A stretch of 60,448 nt of DNA, taken from NCBI GenBank assembly GCA_029856435.1, contig JAHQXB010000079.1, forward strand, positions 1 to 60,448, read 5' to 3'. The DNA is from Candidatus Jordarchaeia archaeon (GTDB lineage Archaea > Asgardarchaeota > Jordiarchaeia > Jordiarchaeales > Jordiarchaeaceae). Positions 29,900 through 39,331 of the stretch are shown here, piece by piece; the first letter of the stretch is position 1; each line of letters starts with the position of its first letter. The notes under the pieces were generated by a model that was not told the DNA's origin, ran no database searches, and saw nothing but the letters and a program-made list of their open reading frames with translations. The position numbers were made by a program, and so were the translations under genes.

Positions 29900-31171
29900 C
29901 TACTTTGTTTCTATTTCAAATTCGCAGTAATCATTTCCCATAGCCATACACTTTGTTTCTTTGCAGATCCATTCTTTATTTGTAATCACTTGAAGGATGC
30001 CCACAAGAGCACCCCCAACAAAGGTGCAAACTGGCCTATCAGAATGGTTATAAGATAGTGCGATTGTAGAAATGCCCTTTATTTTTAATTTGCCAGTATC
30101 AACACTTCCCTCAATTGATAGTACCCTACCCCACCCCGAAACAGTGTTATATTTAAAGACTTCGAACAGGGGGTTTTTGTTATCTTTTAGCGACTCGGAT
30201 TTTATGAGAAGAGCCGCTCCACGCCCTACCTGCTTACCCAATTCGAGGAGGATTCTCTTGGATTCTTCTGGGCTGTGTTGTTTTTCTATGGCTTTAATAA
30301 ATAGTATGAGGGTCTGTATTGGGGTTATAATGTGGTTCCAGCCGAGTATTGAAACCTGACCCAATTCGTTGAACGACATACTCTCCTTCAATTTAGTGAA
30401 GGAGTCATAAAGTGGGAAAAGAGTGACGAACTTGTCGGGAGTAAAAAGGTAGGCGAATCTTTGATTCAAAATTTTGTGCGCCTCTCTTATCAAGGGAGTT
30501 CTTGAAATGTGTACGTATGATTGCCTTTTTTCTTCAACAGTTTCGAAACTAAAGTTTATGGCATAGTCAATAATATGAGTCAGGGTGCTAGTTACCTGTG
30601 GTTCATGAACATCGCGGTTTACTATCCCCAAGAATATTCCTCCATCGCCCTTAGCGTCGAGGGTTAATTTTCTGATCATTCTCAAAACAGTTTTTGAATC
30701 AAAGTCGATAATTGAGGAGCTTATATTGGCGTAAATTACAAGTATTGGAACATCCGGAAATTTTTGCTTAAGCCGAGATTTCGCCTCTTTTATTTCGTAA
30801 ATTATTCTCTTCGGCTCATTCGCTATCTCCCTAATATTCCTAACTTCATCATAAACTACTTTGGTTTTATTTTCGCTTGAAACCAAATCTAAAAAGTAGA
30901 AGCGGTCTTCCTGAATAGCCCTTTGAAAAATTGTATTCATTTTCTCTGAGAAATTCTTCTTAATTTGTCTATTAATTATTTCGAAGGGCAAATTTGTGTG
31001 GATCGTTATAACAGCTCCGCCTTTCCCCAAAAAATTTAAAGCTATTAGGGCCGCAAGTCTATTGGCATCGTTAAGTGTGAAGGAGTCCGACGTTACCAGA
31101 ATTGACAGGCCACTATATAGACGGCCTAATGTACTATCAATGTAATCAATTTCGGTTTTACGAATCTTCAA
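29900..31171 (-). CDS. Degenerate KaiC/RecA-like domain + C-terminal V4R domain (paralog 4)
   Basis: IDYIDSTLG.LYSG start with no Walker A; C-terminal VCTFVGG.L.GIL..W.CKE.KC.AMG..YCEF. Confidence 0.7.
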   Translation of the reverse strand: MKIRKTEIDYIDSTLGRLYSGLSILVTSDSFTLNDANRLAALIALNFLGKGGAVITIHTNLPFEIINRQIKKNFSEKMNTIFQRAIQEDRFYFLDLVSSENKTKVVYDEVRNIREIANEPKRIIYEIKEAKSRLKQKFPDVPILVIYANISSSIIDFDSKTVLRMIRKLTLDAKGDGGIFLGIVNRDVHEPQVTSTLTHIIDYAINFSFETVEEKRQSYVHISRTPLIREAHKILNQRFAYLFTPDKFVTLFPLYDSFTKLKESMSFNELGQVSILGWNHIITPIQTLILFIKAIEKQHSPEESKRILLELGKQVGRGAALLIKSESLKDNKNPLFEVFKYNTVSGWGRVLSIEGSVDTGKLKIKGISTIALSYNHSDRPVCTFVGGALVGILQVITNKEWICKETKCMAMGNDYCEFEIETK

Positions 31172-31265
31172 CTTTTCTCCCGACCTTCAAATTCTTAATG
31201 ATTATGTTAACGCTGTATAGCTTTCTCGGTATGCATTAGTGGTATATGTGTTGAATGCTGAATTT

Positions 31266-32540
31266 TTAAGGGGGCTGTTCAATTTTTGCCTCAAATACAC
31301 ACCATTCATCTCCCCTTGCTATGCAATGAGTTTCATTACAAATCCACTTCTTCCCTGTAACTCCTTCTAAAATGCCAGCCAAAATGCTTCCAACTAACAC
31401 GCAAACTTTGCGATTGGATTTGCCATAGTAGTAGGATAGCGTCATGAAATTGTAAATCTTAAATTCTCCAGATTCTGGGCTTCCCTCCCTCTTGATTAGT
31501 CTTCCCCATCCTCGAATCAAGAAGTAATTAAGCGCTTCCCTCAGCAAATAACTCCCTTCTAAACCATACCTTGATTTGAAGAGATTTGTGACCTCCAAAC
31601 CCAACTTTCTACCAAAACTCTCCATAAATTTTTCATATTCATTTATCCCCAAAGTCTTTTCAAGTTCTTTAAACAATAATAGGAATGTACTCAGGGGAGT
31701 GATCAAAAACTCCCTATCATGAATTAAAATTTTTCCCTCCTCATAGGAAATACTTCTCTTAAAATCGTCAAAAACCGGAGCCAAAGCGGGAAGCTTCACG
31801 AAAGTATCATTGTAAAAAATATAAGCGTACCTCTGGTAGATATTAGGTGAGCCTGGCTCCAAAACTGGAGACTTTAATACGCGAATGTAGGGCTGTTTTA
31901 AGCCTCCCCCTTCTTCGGATCTGAGTTCTACTACAAAATCAGCCAAGTGTATCAGCGTATTTAGTGTCAGAGCATCGTGAATGTCGCGATTAACTAGTCC
32001 CGTGATAATGTCTCCCCATCGCTTCACATTTGCAGTTAACTTTCTAAACATTTTTAACACAGTTTTTGAGCCAAAATCAAGAATAGACGAGCTAAAATTT
32101 TGGTACAAAATTATGAGAGGTGTCTCTGGCAAAACATTTTTAATTTTTTCTCTCAAGTGACTGACTTCAAACAGAATCCTGTCAGGGTCATTTTCAATTC
32201 TGAATACGCCCTTTAAACTACTCGAACCTTTGTGAAAAACATTGTTTGGCGTTGTATCGAGATAATAACATTTGCCTTCATTAAAGGCCTGCCAAATAAA
32301 ATTAATATCCTCTGGCGAAAACCTTGTTTGAATATCTTCATTTATCATAGAGGATGGCAAACTTGTTCCTAACACGATACCCCCTCCTCCTTGTTTAAGG
32401 AAATTTATGCCAACAAGAAGGTTGAGAGTTATAGCATCATTTAAAGTGAACGAATCGCATATAAACAAAATTGAAGTGCCGCCAAATAACGCGCCTAGGT
32501 GCGCATCTATGAATTTCACTAAGGTTTTTTCAATCCTCAA
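31266..32540 (-). CDS. Degenerate KaiC/RecA-like domain + V4R (paralog 3)
   Basis: Same architecture; VCVLVGS.L.GILE..W.CNE.HC.ARG..WCVF. Confidence 0.7.
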   Translation of the reverse strand: MRIEKTLVKFIDAHLGALFGGTSILFICDSFTLNDAITLNLLVGINFLKQGGGGIVLGTSLPSSMINEDIQTRFSPEDINFIWQAFNEGKCYYLDTTPNNVFHKGSSSLKGVFRIENDPDRILFEVSHLREKIKNVLPETPLIILYQNFSSSILDFGSKTVLKMFRKLTANVKRWGDIITGLVNRDIHDALTLNTLIHLADFVVELRSEEGGGLKQPYIRVLKSPVLEPGSPNIYQRYAYIFYNDTFVKLPALAPVFDDFKRSISYEEGKILIHDREFLITPLSTFLLLFKELEKTLGINEYEKFMESFGRKLGLEVTNLFKSRYGLEGSYLLREALNYFLIRGWGRLIKREGSPESGEFKIYNFMTLSYYYGKSNRKVCVLVGSILAGILEGVTGKKWICNETHCIARGDEWCVFEAKIEQPP

Positions 32541-32589
32541 ACCTTATCCCTCATTTTATAACTTTTAACCTCTTGAAAGACGTATGGTT

Positions 32590-33867
32590 TTAAGCCACAA
32601 GTTTTAATTCGAATTTACACCTACTATTTCCCTTGGCGATACACTCTTTTTCATCGCAAGTCCAGTTCCGTAGGGAGATTTCTTCTAAGATTCCCTGTAG
32701 AACGCCACCTTCAATTATACAGACGGGATAATCAGATTTTCCATAATGGGCAGCAAAGTTAGAATAGCCTTCAACTATTATGCGTCCGGATTTAAGGCTT
32801 CCTTCGTAAATGTTAAATTTGCCCCAACCAGTAATTGAGAGGTGGTTTATTGCAGCTTTAAAAAGTTCTTTGTCAGTTAGCTTGAATCGGGAAGACAGGA
32901 TCTTTAAAATATGTGACCCTATAAGCCTGCCTACATTTTTTACTATTTTTGTATATTCGCTTCTTCCCAGTTTTTTCTCAATTTCTTTTAGGAGAATTGT
33001 GAAGGTGGGCATCTCTGCAATAATGTAATTTGTGTCGTAGGCTATTACTTCCCCTCTTTCAAGATAGGAGATGCTTGCCTTCAACTCTTCAAAGGATGTA
33101 GGAATAGTAGGGAGAATGTAAAAAGTGTCCTCGAAAAGTTCATATGTGAATTTTTTGTATAATATTTTCTTATTATCCACGGATAGGGGTGTTCTAGTTA
33201 CAGACACGTAGGGTTGCTTTTTGCCTTCGATAAGATCTACCCCAAATTCAAGTATATAATCAGCTAAGTGGGCGAGAGAATTAGCCACGCTCAGTTCTTG
33301 CATATCCCGATTAAAGATTCCCAGAAACAAATCACCATGTATTTTAACGTCTAATATCAATTTTCTTATCATACTTAAAACGACTCCTGGTTCAAAATCT
33401 AAAATCAGGTAGCTGATATTTGATTGCAAAATGAGAACTGGGGCATCTGAAAAATTCTTAATTTTATTTCTTGCATTTAGAATTTCATATAAAATTCTGT
33501 TGAGGTCGTTTACAACAGGCGTAACATACTCTGAATGATTAAGAGTAAAGTTACTAATATTATCCTCCAGCACAATGTTAATATAGTGTAATCTACCCTC
33601 ATTTGTCGCCTCTTGTAGAACGCGTCTTACTTCCGGAGAGCTGAAATATAATACATCTTTTATTGCCCAAGAGAAGGGCAAGTTTTCATAGACAAAAACG
33701 CAACCTCCACCATTTTTCAAAATATTTAACGCCACCAGGCTTGCCAATTTTTGAGCATCATTTGCAGTGTTTGAATCCGCTGAGAACAATATTGGAAAAC
33801 CCTGGTAAAGAACGCCCAGAGACTGATCTAGAAACTCTATTCCAATTTTTTTAATTTTCAAATCCAC
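32590..33867 (-). CDS. Degenerate KaiC/RecA-like domain + V4R (paralog 2)
   Basis: IEFLDQSLG start; VCIIEGG.LQGILE..W.CDEKEC.AKG..RCKF. Confidence 0.7.
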   Translation of the reverse strand: MDLKIKKIGIEFLDQSLGVLYQGFPILFSADSNTANDAQKLASLVALNILKNGGGCVFVYENLPFSWAIKDVLYFSSPEVRRVLQEATNEGRLHYINIVLEDNISNFTLNHSEYVTPVVNDLNRILYEILNARNKIKNFSDAPVLILQSNISYLILDFEPGVVLSMIRKLILDVKIHGDLFLGIFNRDMQELSVANSLAHLADYILEFGVDLIEGKKQPYVSVTRTPLSVDNKKILYKKFTYELFEDTFYILPTIPTSFEELKASISYLERGEVIAYDTNYIIAEMPTFTILLKEIEKKLGRSEYTKIVKNVGRLIGSHILKILSSRFKLTDKELFKAAINHLSITGWGKFNIYEGSLKSGRIIVEGYSNFAAHYGKSDYPVCIIEGGVLQGILEEISLRNWTCDEKECIAKGNSRCKFELKLVA

Positions 33868-33920
33868 CCCACCTTAAAGACGAAAAATTGAGAATCTATA
33901 AAAATTTATTCTTGCCTAAA

Positions 33921-35204
33921 TCATATTTGGGTCAATTCAAATTCACAATAATTATCGCCCATAGCAATGCACCTTATCTCTTTACTTGTCCACTTTTTTC
34001 CGGTAATTTCTTGAACTGCTCCCAGTAAACTGCCTTCGATTAATAAGTCCACAGGCTTGTCTGATTTGCCCCACAATTCAGCTAAAGAGGAGTGAACTCT
34101 GACTTTTAGAGTACCGGATTCTAAGCTTCCCTCAATGTTTAGCACTCTGCCGTAGCCTCTAGCACCGACATACATTAGAGTTGAATGCAAAAGGCGATCC
34201 TCTTTAAGATTAAACTCTGATTCGACAATTCTAACGCTCTTAGCCCCGAAATCTTTACCAAGCTCCATAACAATGTTTCTATAGCCATCATAGTCTATAC
34301 TTTTTTCAAAATTTAATAGAAGACTCGCTAGAAGTTGGGTGGGAAGCACGAGGTGTTTCGTTCCCAGTATTGAAATTTCACCATTTTGATAAAAAACTTG
34401 TCCGTCTTCCAACTCGTCTAGATAGAAAGATGCTGGTGAAAAGGTTTCAAACTTGTTTCCAGAAATGTGGTAAGCAATTTTTTTGTGCAAAAGCTTCCTA
34501 GCAAATCCAACTAAGGGTGTCTTAGACACTTGCAAATAGGGACGAGGTAAGTCTTCTTTAAACTCTAATCCAAACTCCATAGTATAGTTTGAAAAATGTT
34601 TCAGAGTACTTGTTATTTCCAGCTCATGAATATCCCTGTTTAACACACCAATGAAAATACCCCCGTTCTGCTTTATGTTTGATATCAATTTTTTAAACAT
34701 ATTTAAGGCAGCCTTGGAATCGAAATCAACCATAGTAGAGCTAATATTATGATACAAGAGAATAACTGGGCTTTCGGGAAAACTTGCTCTCATTTTTTCC
34801 ATCGCGCGATTAGCTTCATATAATATTCTATCTATATCATTCCTAACAAGTACCAGCCCCACCAAACCCTCAAAATTTTCACCAGAAGGAAATTTGTCAG
34901 ACACAAGATCCAAATACGTGAAACGCCCCTCATCCATCGCCTTTGTTAAAGCATGGTACTTATCAGGCAGAAACATATGCTTAAATTTTTTCGCGGCCAA
35001 ACTGTGGGGCTCATCCGTTTGAACAGCAACACAGGACAATCCCTGATCCATTAGATTAAAGGCCGCCAACATGCTGAGTAGCAAGGCATCATTTAACGTA
35101 GCAGAGTCAGCTATGAAGAGTAATACCTGACCTCCAGAAACGCCTCCCAGAGAAAAGTCTACAACCGGAATCCTAGTTTCAAACTCCAAAACCCAATCCC
35201 TCAA
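33921..35204 (-). CDS. Degenerate KaiC/RecA-like domain + V4R (paralog 1)
   Basis: IPVVDFSLGG start; V4R lacks two Cys (PVDLL, WTSKE) but keeps C.AMG..YCEF. Confidence 0.7.
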   Translation of the reverse strand: MRDWVLEFETRIPVVDFSLGGVSGGQVLLFIADSATLNDALLLSMLAAFNLMDQGLSCVAVQTDEPHSLAAKKFKHMFLPDKYHALTKAMDEGRFTYLDLVSDKFPSGENFEGLVGLVLVRNDIDRILYEANRAMEKMRASFPESPVILLYHNISSTMVDFDSKAALNMFKKLISNIKQNGGIFIGVLNRDIHELEITSTLKHFSNYTMEFGLEFKEDLPRPYLQVSKTPLVGFARKLLHKKIAYHISGNKFETFSPASFYLDELEDGQVFYQNGEISILGTKHLVLPTQLLASLLLNFEKSIDYDGYRNIVMELGKDFGAKSVRIVESEFNLKEDRLLHSTLMYVGARGYGRVLNIEGSLESGTLKVRVHSSLAELWGKSDKPVDLLIEGSLLGAVQEITGKKWTSKEIRCIAMGDNYCEFELTQI

Positions 35205-35363
35205 ATATCTAAATTATATTAATGAAATAGTAAACCTATTTTAGTAAATTCATCTCACCATAATAAAATATTAATGGTTACCCTAATTTAAGAAAAAAGG
35301 ACTATGATTTTAAGTTTTTATTAAACTTAGGAGGGATGTTAGGAAGATTGTGTACTTGATTTT

Positions 35364-36524
35364 TTAATTTTTGGTAGGTTTTATTTTGATTCTTTTGGTT
35401 ATAACGTTTCCTTCGTTGTCTTCGAAGGACATTTGGAAACTTTGAACATTCTTTTCACGCAACTCATAGTTGAGTTCCACTTCTTTTCCCGTCGGCAACC
35501 TTTTTATTCCCAGCATATAAGGTGCTGTTTCGAATAGCTCCTCCTTTATGCCAACCACTTTAATGGTAACGCCCTTAAGCTCCTGTTTCGTATTGTTTGT
35601 CACATGTATGACTAGTTTCTCTTTTTCTTTTTGTTCCACCGAAACCTCTATTGATTGTGGTAACAGTTTCCCTTTTAATATATTCTGGGCTTTTGCCTCT
35701 TCAAACAACCCCGCCTCTTCCATGGGAGGTAATACAATGTTTATCGGTATCTGGAACTTAATACTTTCACCAGTAACCTTTATACATGTAATATCAAGGT
35801 ACCAGTGGGAGTAAGCGCCAAATGTCTGAGACCACTGAGTTCTTTCGGTGGGCTCCCAGAAGTAGTTATAGCTGTGTTCAGCGTACTGCGGCACCCTGAT
35901 GGATAAGTAGCCCCGCGTAGGATTTTTTTCCTCAACAGTGGTCAAAATCTCTGGAGGATTCTTTTTAATGTGGACGCAAACCTTTGCATATTTGGGACAG
36001 GAACAACTAATATTTGAGTCATTAACCAAGTCTACGGTTAATAGTTTTAATCCCTCAGTCTTATAATTCAGTTTAATTACTTCACCAGGTTGAACAGCGT
36101 CCTTTTCGATGTTAAAGCTCATCCCCTTAATAGTAAGAGAAACAGGATTAGGCTCAAATCTCTGTTCCGACCTTATTTTGATGGGTTTCTCTGAAACAAT
36201 CTTGAACGCCTCACCATACCTATCTAGTTTCCCCACAGAAAGGGAAGCCCTAATGAGGTAGTGGACATTTTTTCGTATAAGGGTGGGAACCGCCCTTCTG
36301 CTTACAGAGAGCTCACGTTCTCTAACATAAGTTCCACTCTCAAGAAAGCCCTCACAGAATACCTCACTTGAAGATAAGGGAAGCTCGTTTCCACAGGGCA
36401 AGTTAGTGAGAAGAGTAACTCCACCCCACCAAACCTTTGTATCCTCAGCTAGGTCAAACTTGGTTACTGTTCTTATGGAAGAACCAGCCACTGCAAAATC
36501 TCTTGCGCGTAACTCTATCGACAT
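35364..36524 (-). CDS. Arrestin/Vps26-fold-like protein with a C-terminal beta module
   Basis: Two beta-rich lobes (GTY..E.EL.V...VPT...VHYLIRA and IEKDAVQPGEVI...LSIRVP...WYLDI), a CxC-x6-CxH insert and the shared C-terminal module. Confidence 0.5.
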   Translation of the reverse strand: MSIELRARDFAVAGSSIRTVTKFDLAEDTKVWWGGVTLLTNLPCGNELPLSSSEVFCEGFLESGTYVRERELSVSRRAVPTLIRKNVHYLIRASLSVGKLDRYGEAFKIVSEKPIKIRSEQRFEPNPVSLTIKGMSFNIEKDAVQPGEVIKLNYKTEGLKLLTVDLVNDSNISCSCPKYAKVCVHIKKNPPEILTTVEEKNPTRGYLSIRVPQYAEHSYNYFWEPTERTQWSQTFGAYSHWYLDITCIKVTGESIKFQIPINIVLPPMEEAGLFEEAKAQNILKGKLLPQSIEVSVEQKEKEKLVIHVTNNTKQELKGVTIKVVGIKEELFETAPYMLGIKRLPTGKEVELNYELREKNVQSFQMSFEDNEGNVITKRIKIKPTKN

Positions 36525-36565
36525 TAGTAACTACCCTAAATTTTGAATTATTTGTTTCCCCCATA

Positions 36566-37480
36566 CTAGCCTTCAGCGTGAGCTCTAACCACAAGATCAG
36601 CGAACATGGACATGTCAGAAAGCAATGTATCAATCTTCTCCTGAGCTTTTTTATCCAATTCCTGAGTCTTCATTATCAACACTGCGATTATGAATTTGAA
36701 CACATGAAGCGAAATCTCCTTACCACCATCCAGTCCCCGTCCAGTGAATTCCGCCGATTCAGACATAAAGAAGTTTTCCCTCAAATTATTACAAGCACTT
36801 ATGAAATCCCTCAGGTCTCCCCTCAGCTGTAATCCCGTACTAACTCCCTGAACATTATGCACAATCACATTACCCGAGGTGTCGCTAATAATGATTCTGG
36901 CGGGAATTTCACTTAACTGTTTCTGGGCAGTTTCAACATGCTTCTCCAGAGACTTGTAACTCGCAACCAATATGTCCCGAAATATTTCAGCGAGTCTCTC
37001 CTGCTCATAAATGGAAGTCACATGAAAAGTAGGATTCCACCTAGAGAACAAATCTAGGAATATACTCTTAGCCTTTTCAAGATTCGTATCAAGAAGCTCC
37101 TTAACATAATCCTTCAGATCATACTTGTGGAAGAAAATGTGCACCGCTGGCTTAATATTATTCTTTGTGAACAGGTCTATAATCTGTTTAAAGTACTCCT
37201 TCGCAGCATCGAAACTTTCAGGCTCATGAAGATCCACAACTGGAATCAAAACATCCGTACCCTGAAACACCTTAGGGTCACTAATATAAGATTCTCTGTA
37301 CTGCTCCTGACCACCAAAGTCAAAAATGGAAACCTCCAAGCCCAAAAAGGGATGCCTCCTAATCTCATACATAATAGTTGGAGCTGCGCCCACAGTCTGT
37401 TCAGGTTTTTTGCCAGCGAACGTTGTCAGATATATACTAGTTTTCCCACATCCTGAAAGTCCAACCAATGAGATTTTCAA
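36566..37480 (-). CDS. Rag/Gtr-type small GTPase with a C-terminal roadblock/longin-like domain
   Basis: GLSGCGKT (G1), PT (G2), DFGGQ (G3), HKYD (G4) and TSIYE (G5). HKxD and TSI are Rag-family hallmarks; ~120-aa alpha/beta C-domain. Confidence 0.8.
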   Translation of the reverse strand: MKISLVGLSGCGKTSIYLTTFAGKKPEQTVGAAPTIMYEIRRHPFLGLEVSIFDFGGQEQYRESYISDPKVFQGTDVLIPVVDLHEPESFDAAKEYFKQIIDLFTKNNIKPAVHIFFHKYDLKDYVKELLDTNLEKAKSIFLDLFSRWNPTFHVTSIYEQERLAEIFRDILVASYKSLEKHVETAQKQLSEIPARIIISDTSGNVIVHNVQGVSTGLQLRGDLRDFISACNNLRENFFMSESAEFTGRGLDGGKEISLHVFKFIIAVLIMKTQELDKKAQEKIDTLLSDMSMFADLVVRAHAEG

Positions 37481-37531
37481 GATTCTCTAACCTCCGCAAA
37501 GACTAAGAATCAAATAACTATTTAACATTTA

Positions 37532-39049
37532 TTATTCCGTTTTCTTACTCTCACCCAACTTTTTACCCTCGATTTCCTTTACACTAAGTTTCTGAGACAG
37601 AATAGTTCCCTGTCTATCAGAAATAGTCAACAAGTATTCCCTATCATCCTTAACCCGAGGATAACAAAATTCAAGCTCATCAAAAGGATACCATGTCTCA
37701 ATCTCAGTCTCCCAAGCGTTACTCTCAAACAAATCCTCCAAATGGGCAATCCTCACCTTAATATCATTTATGGGTTTCCCCGAATTATTCGCTAAAGTTA
37801 TCTGAAGCATAGTCCCACCATCAACAAACCGAGCATCCGAAACCTTCAGCAACTTCTGAAGAGCACGCTCAGTTATACCTGCCTTTGCCTCTGCTTTCTC
37901 CTCAACCAAAGGTATTGCCCCCCGCCGTTCCAAAGGTTCAGGAACCCCAGCCACTGTCGGAACATATTTCAAAACATAGGTTTGGCGTCTCCTCTCAGTG
38001 TACATTTGCACCTTCTTCAACCTCGCTAGATTCAACACCTTCTGCAAACCATCCCTATCCAAAGGCTGCAAAGTTAAATAACCATCCTCCATAGCATCCT
38101 CAAGAAGTTCATTAGCCACACCACTACGCACCAGAATAGTTGAATACCCATCAGGAGACCCAACACTCCCCACAGAGATGTCAGCCAACTCCGAAGTAAG
38201 ATCCCTACAATAATGACAACTTGTCGAACGATACTTATCAAGATCCTTTACCGGCCAACCAGCAGTCTTGTCACCATCATAAATTATGTTAAATTTGCCA
38301 GCAGATATGCTCATTTTACTGATGGAACTTAAAGGTATTCCCTGCTTCACCTCAAAGAACTCCTTCAAACCATCATGATAGAAGGAGTCCATACAGAACA
38401 GCCCCACCTTTAATATCTTCACCTTCATAAACAAGTGGAGCAAACCGAAAGGCTGCATCTGCATCTTAGCCACCGCATCTATATTACAAGGAGTACCCAC
38501 AAAAGCAATGGAACGATACCCCTTATCAATCGCCTCAACCAAAGCCTCAACAGTCCTACTGTGAGAATAAACACTACCAGAAGACTTTAAAATATCCTCA
38601 GAACTCGTAGCTATCTTTGCAACGGGCTTCCAAGGCTCCCTCTCATCCTTCTGAGTAACTATAGCCGCATCTATCAAACCATGATCCATAGCATACAATA
38701 GGAGGGAGGTTACAACCCCACCATCCTGACCCTTAACCTTATCTATCGCTGATTTGCCAACAAAAGCCGCGATGTAATCTCCAATCAAGGACTTCAGAGA
38801 AGTTATGGTTCTGGGACACGCACGGTAGCATATGCCACAAGCGCTGCATTTTCCAACTAATTTGGGTGTTTCGTCTTCCATCACGAGAGCCTTCTCGGGA
38901 CAAACTGAGACACAGGTGCAGCATGCTGTACAGACGCCGCTTCTTATAACTTCTTGATTTAGGCGTCCAAAGTTTTCAAGTTTTTTCACTTTTAAGAGTC
39001 TTTCGGGAAACGTGTAGCTTACGTATCCTTTTTCCTCCTCGTTTAACAT
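37532..39049 (-). CDS. FrhB-like Fe-S/flavin protein fused to a C-terminal beta module
   Basis: CTACCTCVSVCP and CSACGICYRACP, QDGGVVT, GTPC, GLFCM, CHYCRD..ADISVGSVGSP; then a linker and an ~80-aa module shared with 35364-36524 and 41463-42509. Confidence 0.8.
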   Translation of the reverse strand: MLNEEEKGYVSYTFPERLLKVKKLENFGRLNQEVIRSGVCTACCTCVSVCPEKALVMEDETPKLVGKCSACGICYRACPRTITSLKSLIGDYIAAFVGKSAIDKVKGQDGGVVTSLLLYAMDHGLIDAAIVTQKDEREPWKPVAKIATSSEDILKSSGSVYSHSRTVEALVEAIDKGYRSIAFVGTPCNIDAVAKMQMQPFGLLHLFMKVKILKVGLFCMDSFYHDGLKEFFEVKQGIPLSSISKMSISAGKFNIIYDGDKTAGWPVKDLDKYRSTSCHYCRDLTSELADISVGSVGSPDGYSTILVRSGVANELLEDAMEDGYLTLQPLDRDGLQKVLNLARLKKVQMYTERRRQTYVLKYVPTVAGVPEPLERRGAIPLVEEKAEAKAGITERALQKLLKVSDARFVDGGTMLQITLANNSGKPINDIKVRIAHLEDLFESNAWETEIETWYPFDELEFCYPRVKDDREYLLTISDRQGTILSQKLSVKEIEGKKLGESKKTE

Positions 39050-39331
39050 TTACCTGTCTCCTTTCGCTTCAGTTTCTACAGTTTCTGGACGTAAGTCAGG
39101 TCTTCAAACAGTGTAGGGTTATAGTAGGTATCTTTCAATTTGTTCCAGAGTTATAGTTGGAATTATATTACCGTCAAGTATATAAATTTTTTAGAAGACC
39201 TTAGACTTACGTTCTATAATCTTGTGAGCTTCAATAGTACAGTTTTTTGCGTATTTAATACTTTTTCGATTGTGAAGAATTTTGAGAAAATTGTTGGTTT
39301 ATGACGAAAAGCGTCCATATTTCTTCCATTT

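Noticed and set aside
29900-35204. Calling the V4R domains TRAPP/Bet3 orthologs or the N-domains active KaiC clock proteins
   Set aside because: The Cys-rich V4R pattern and fusion context fit sensor V4R; Walker A is absent and there is no kaiB.
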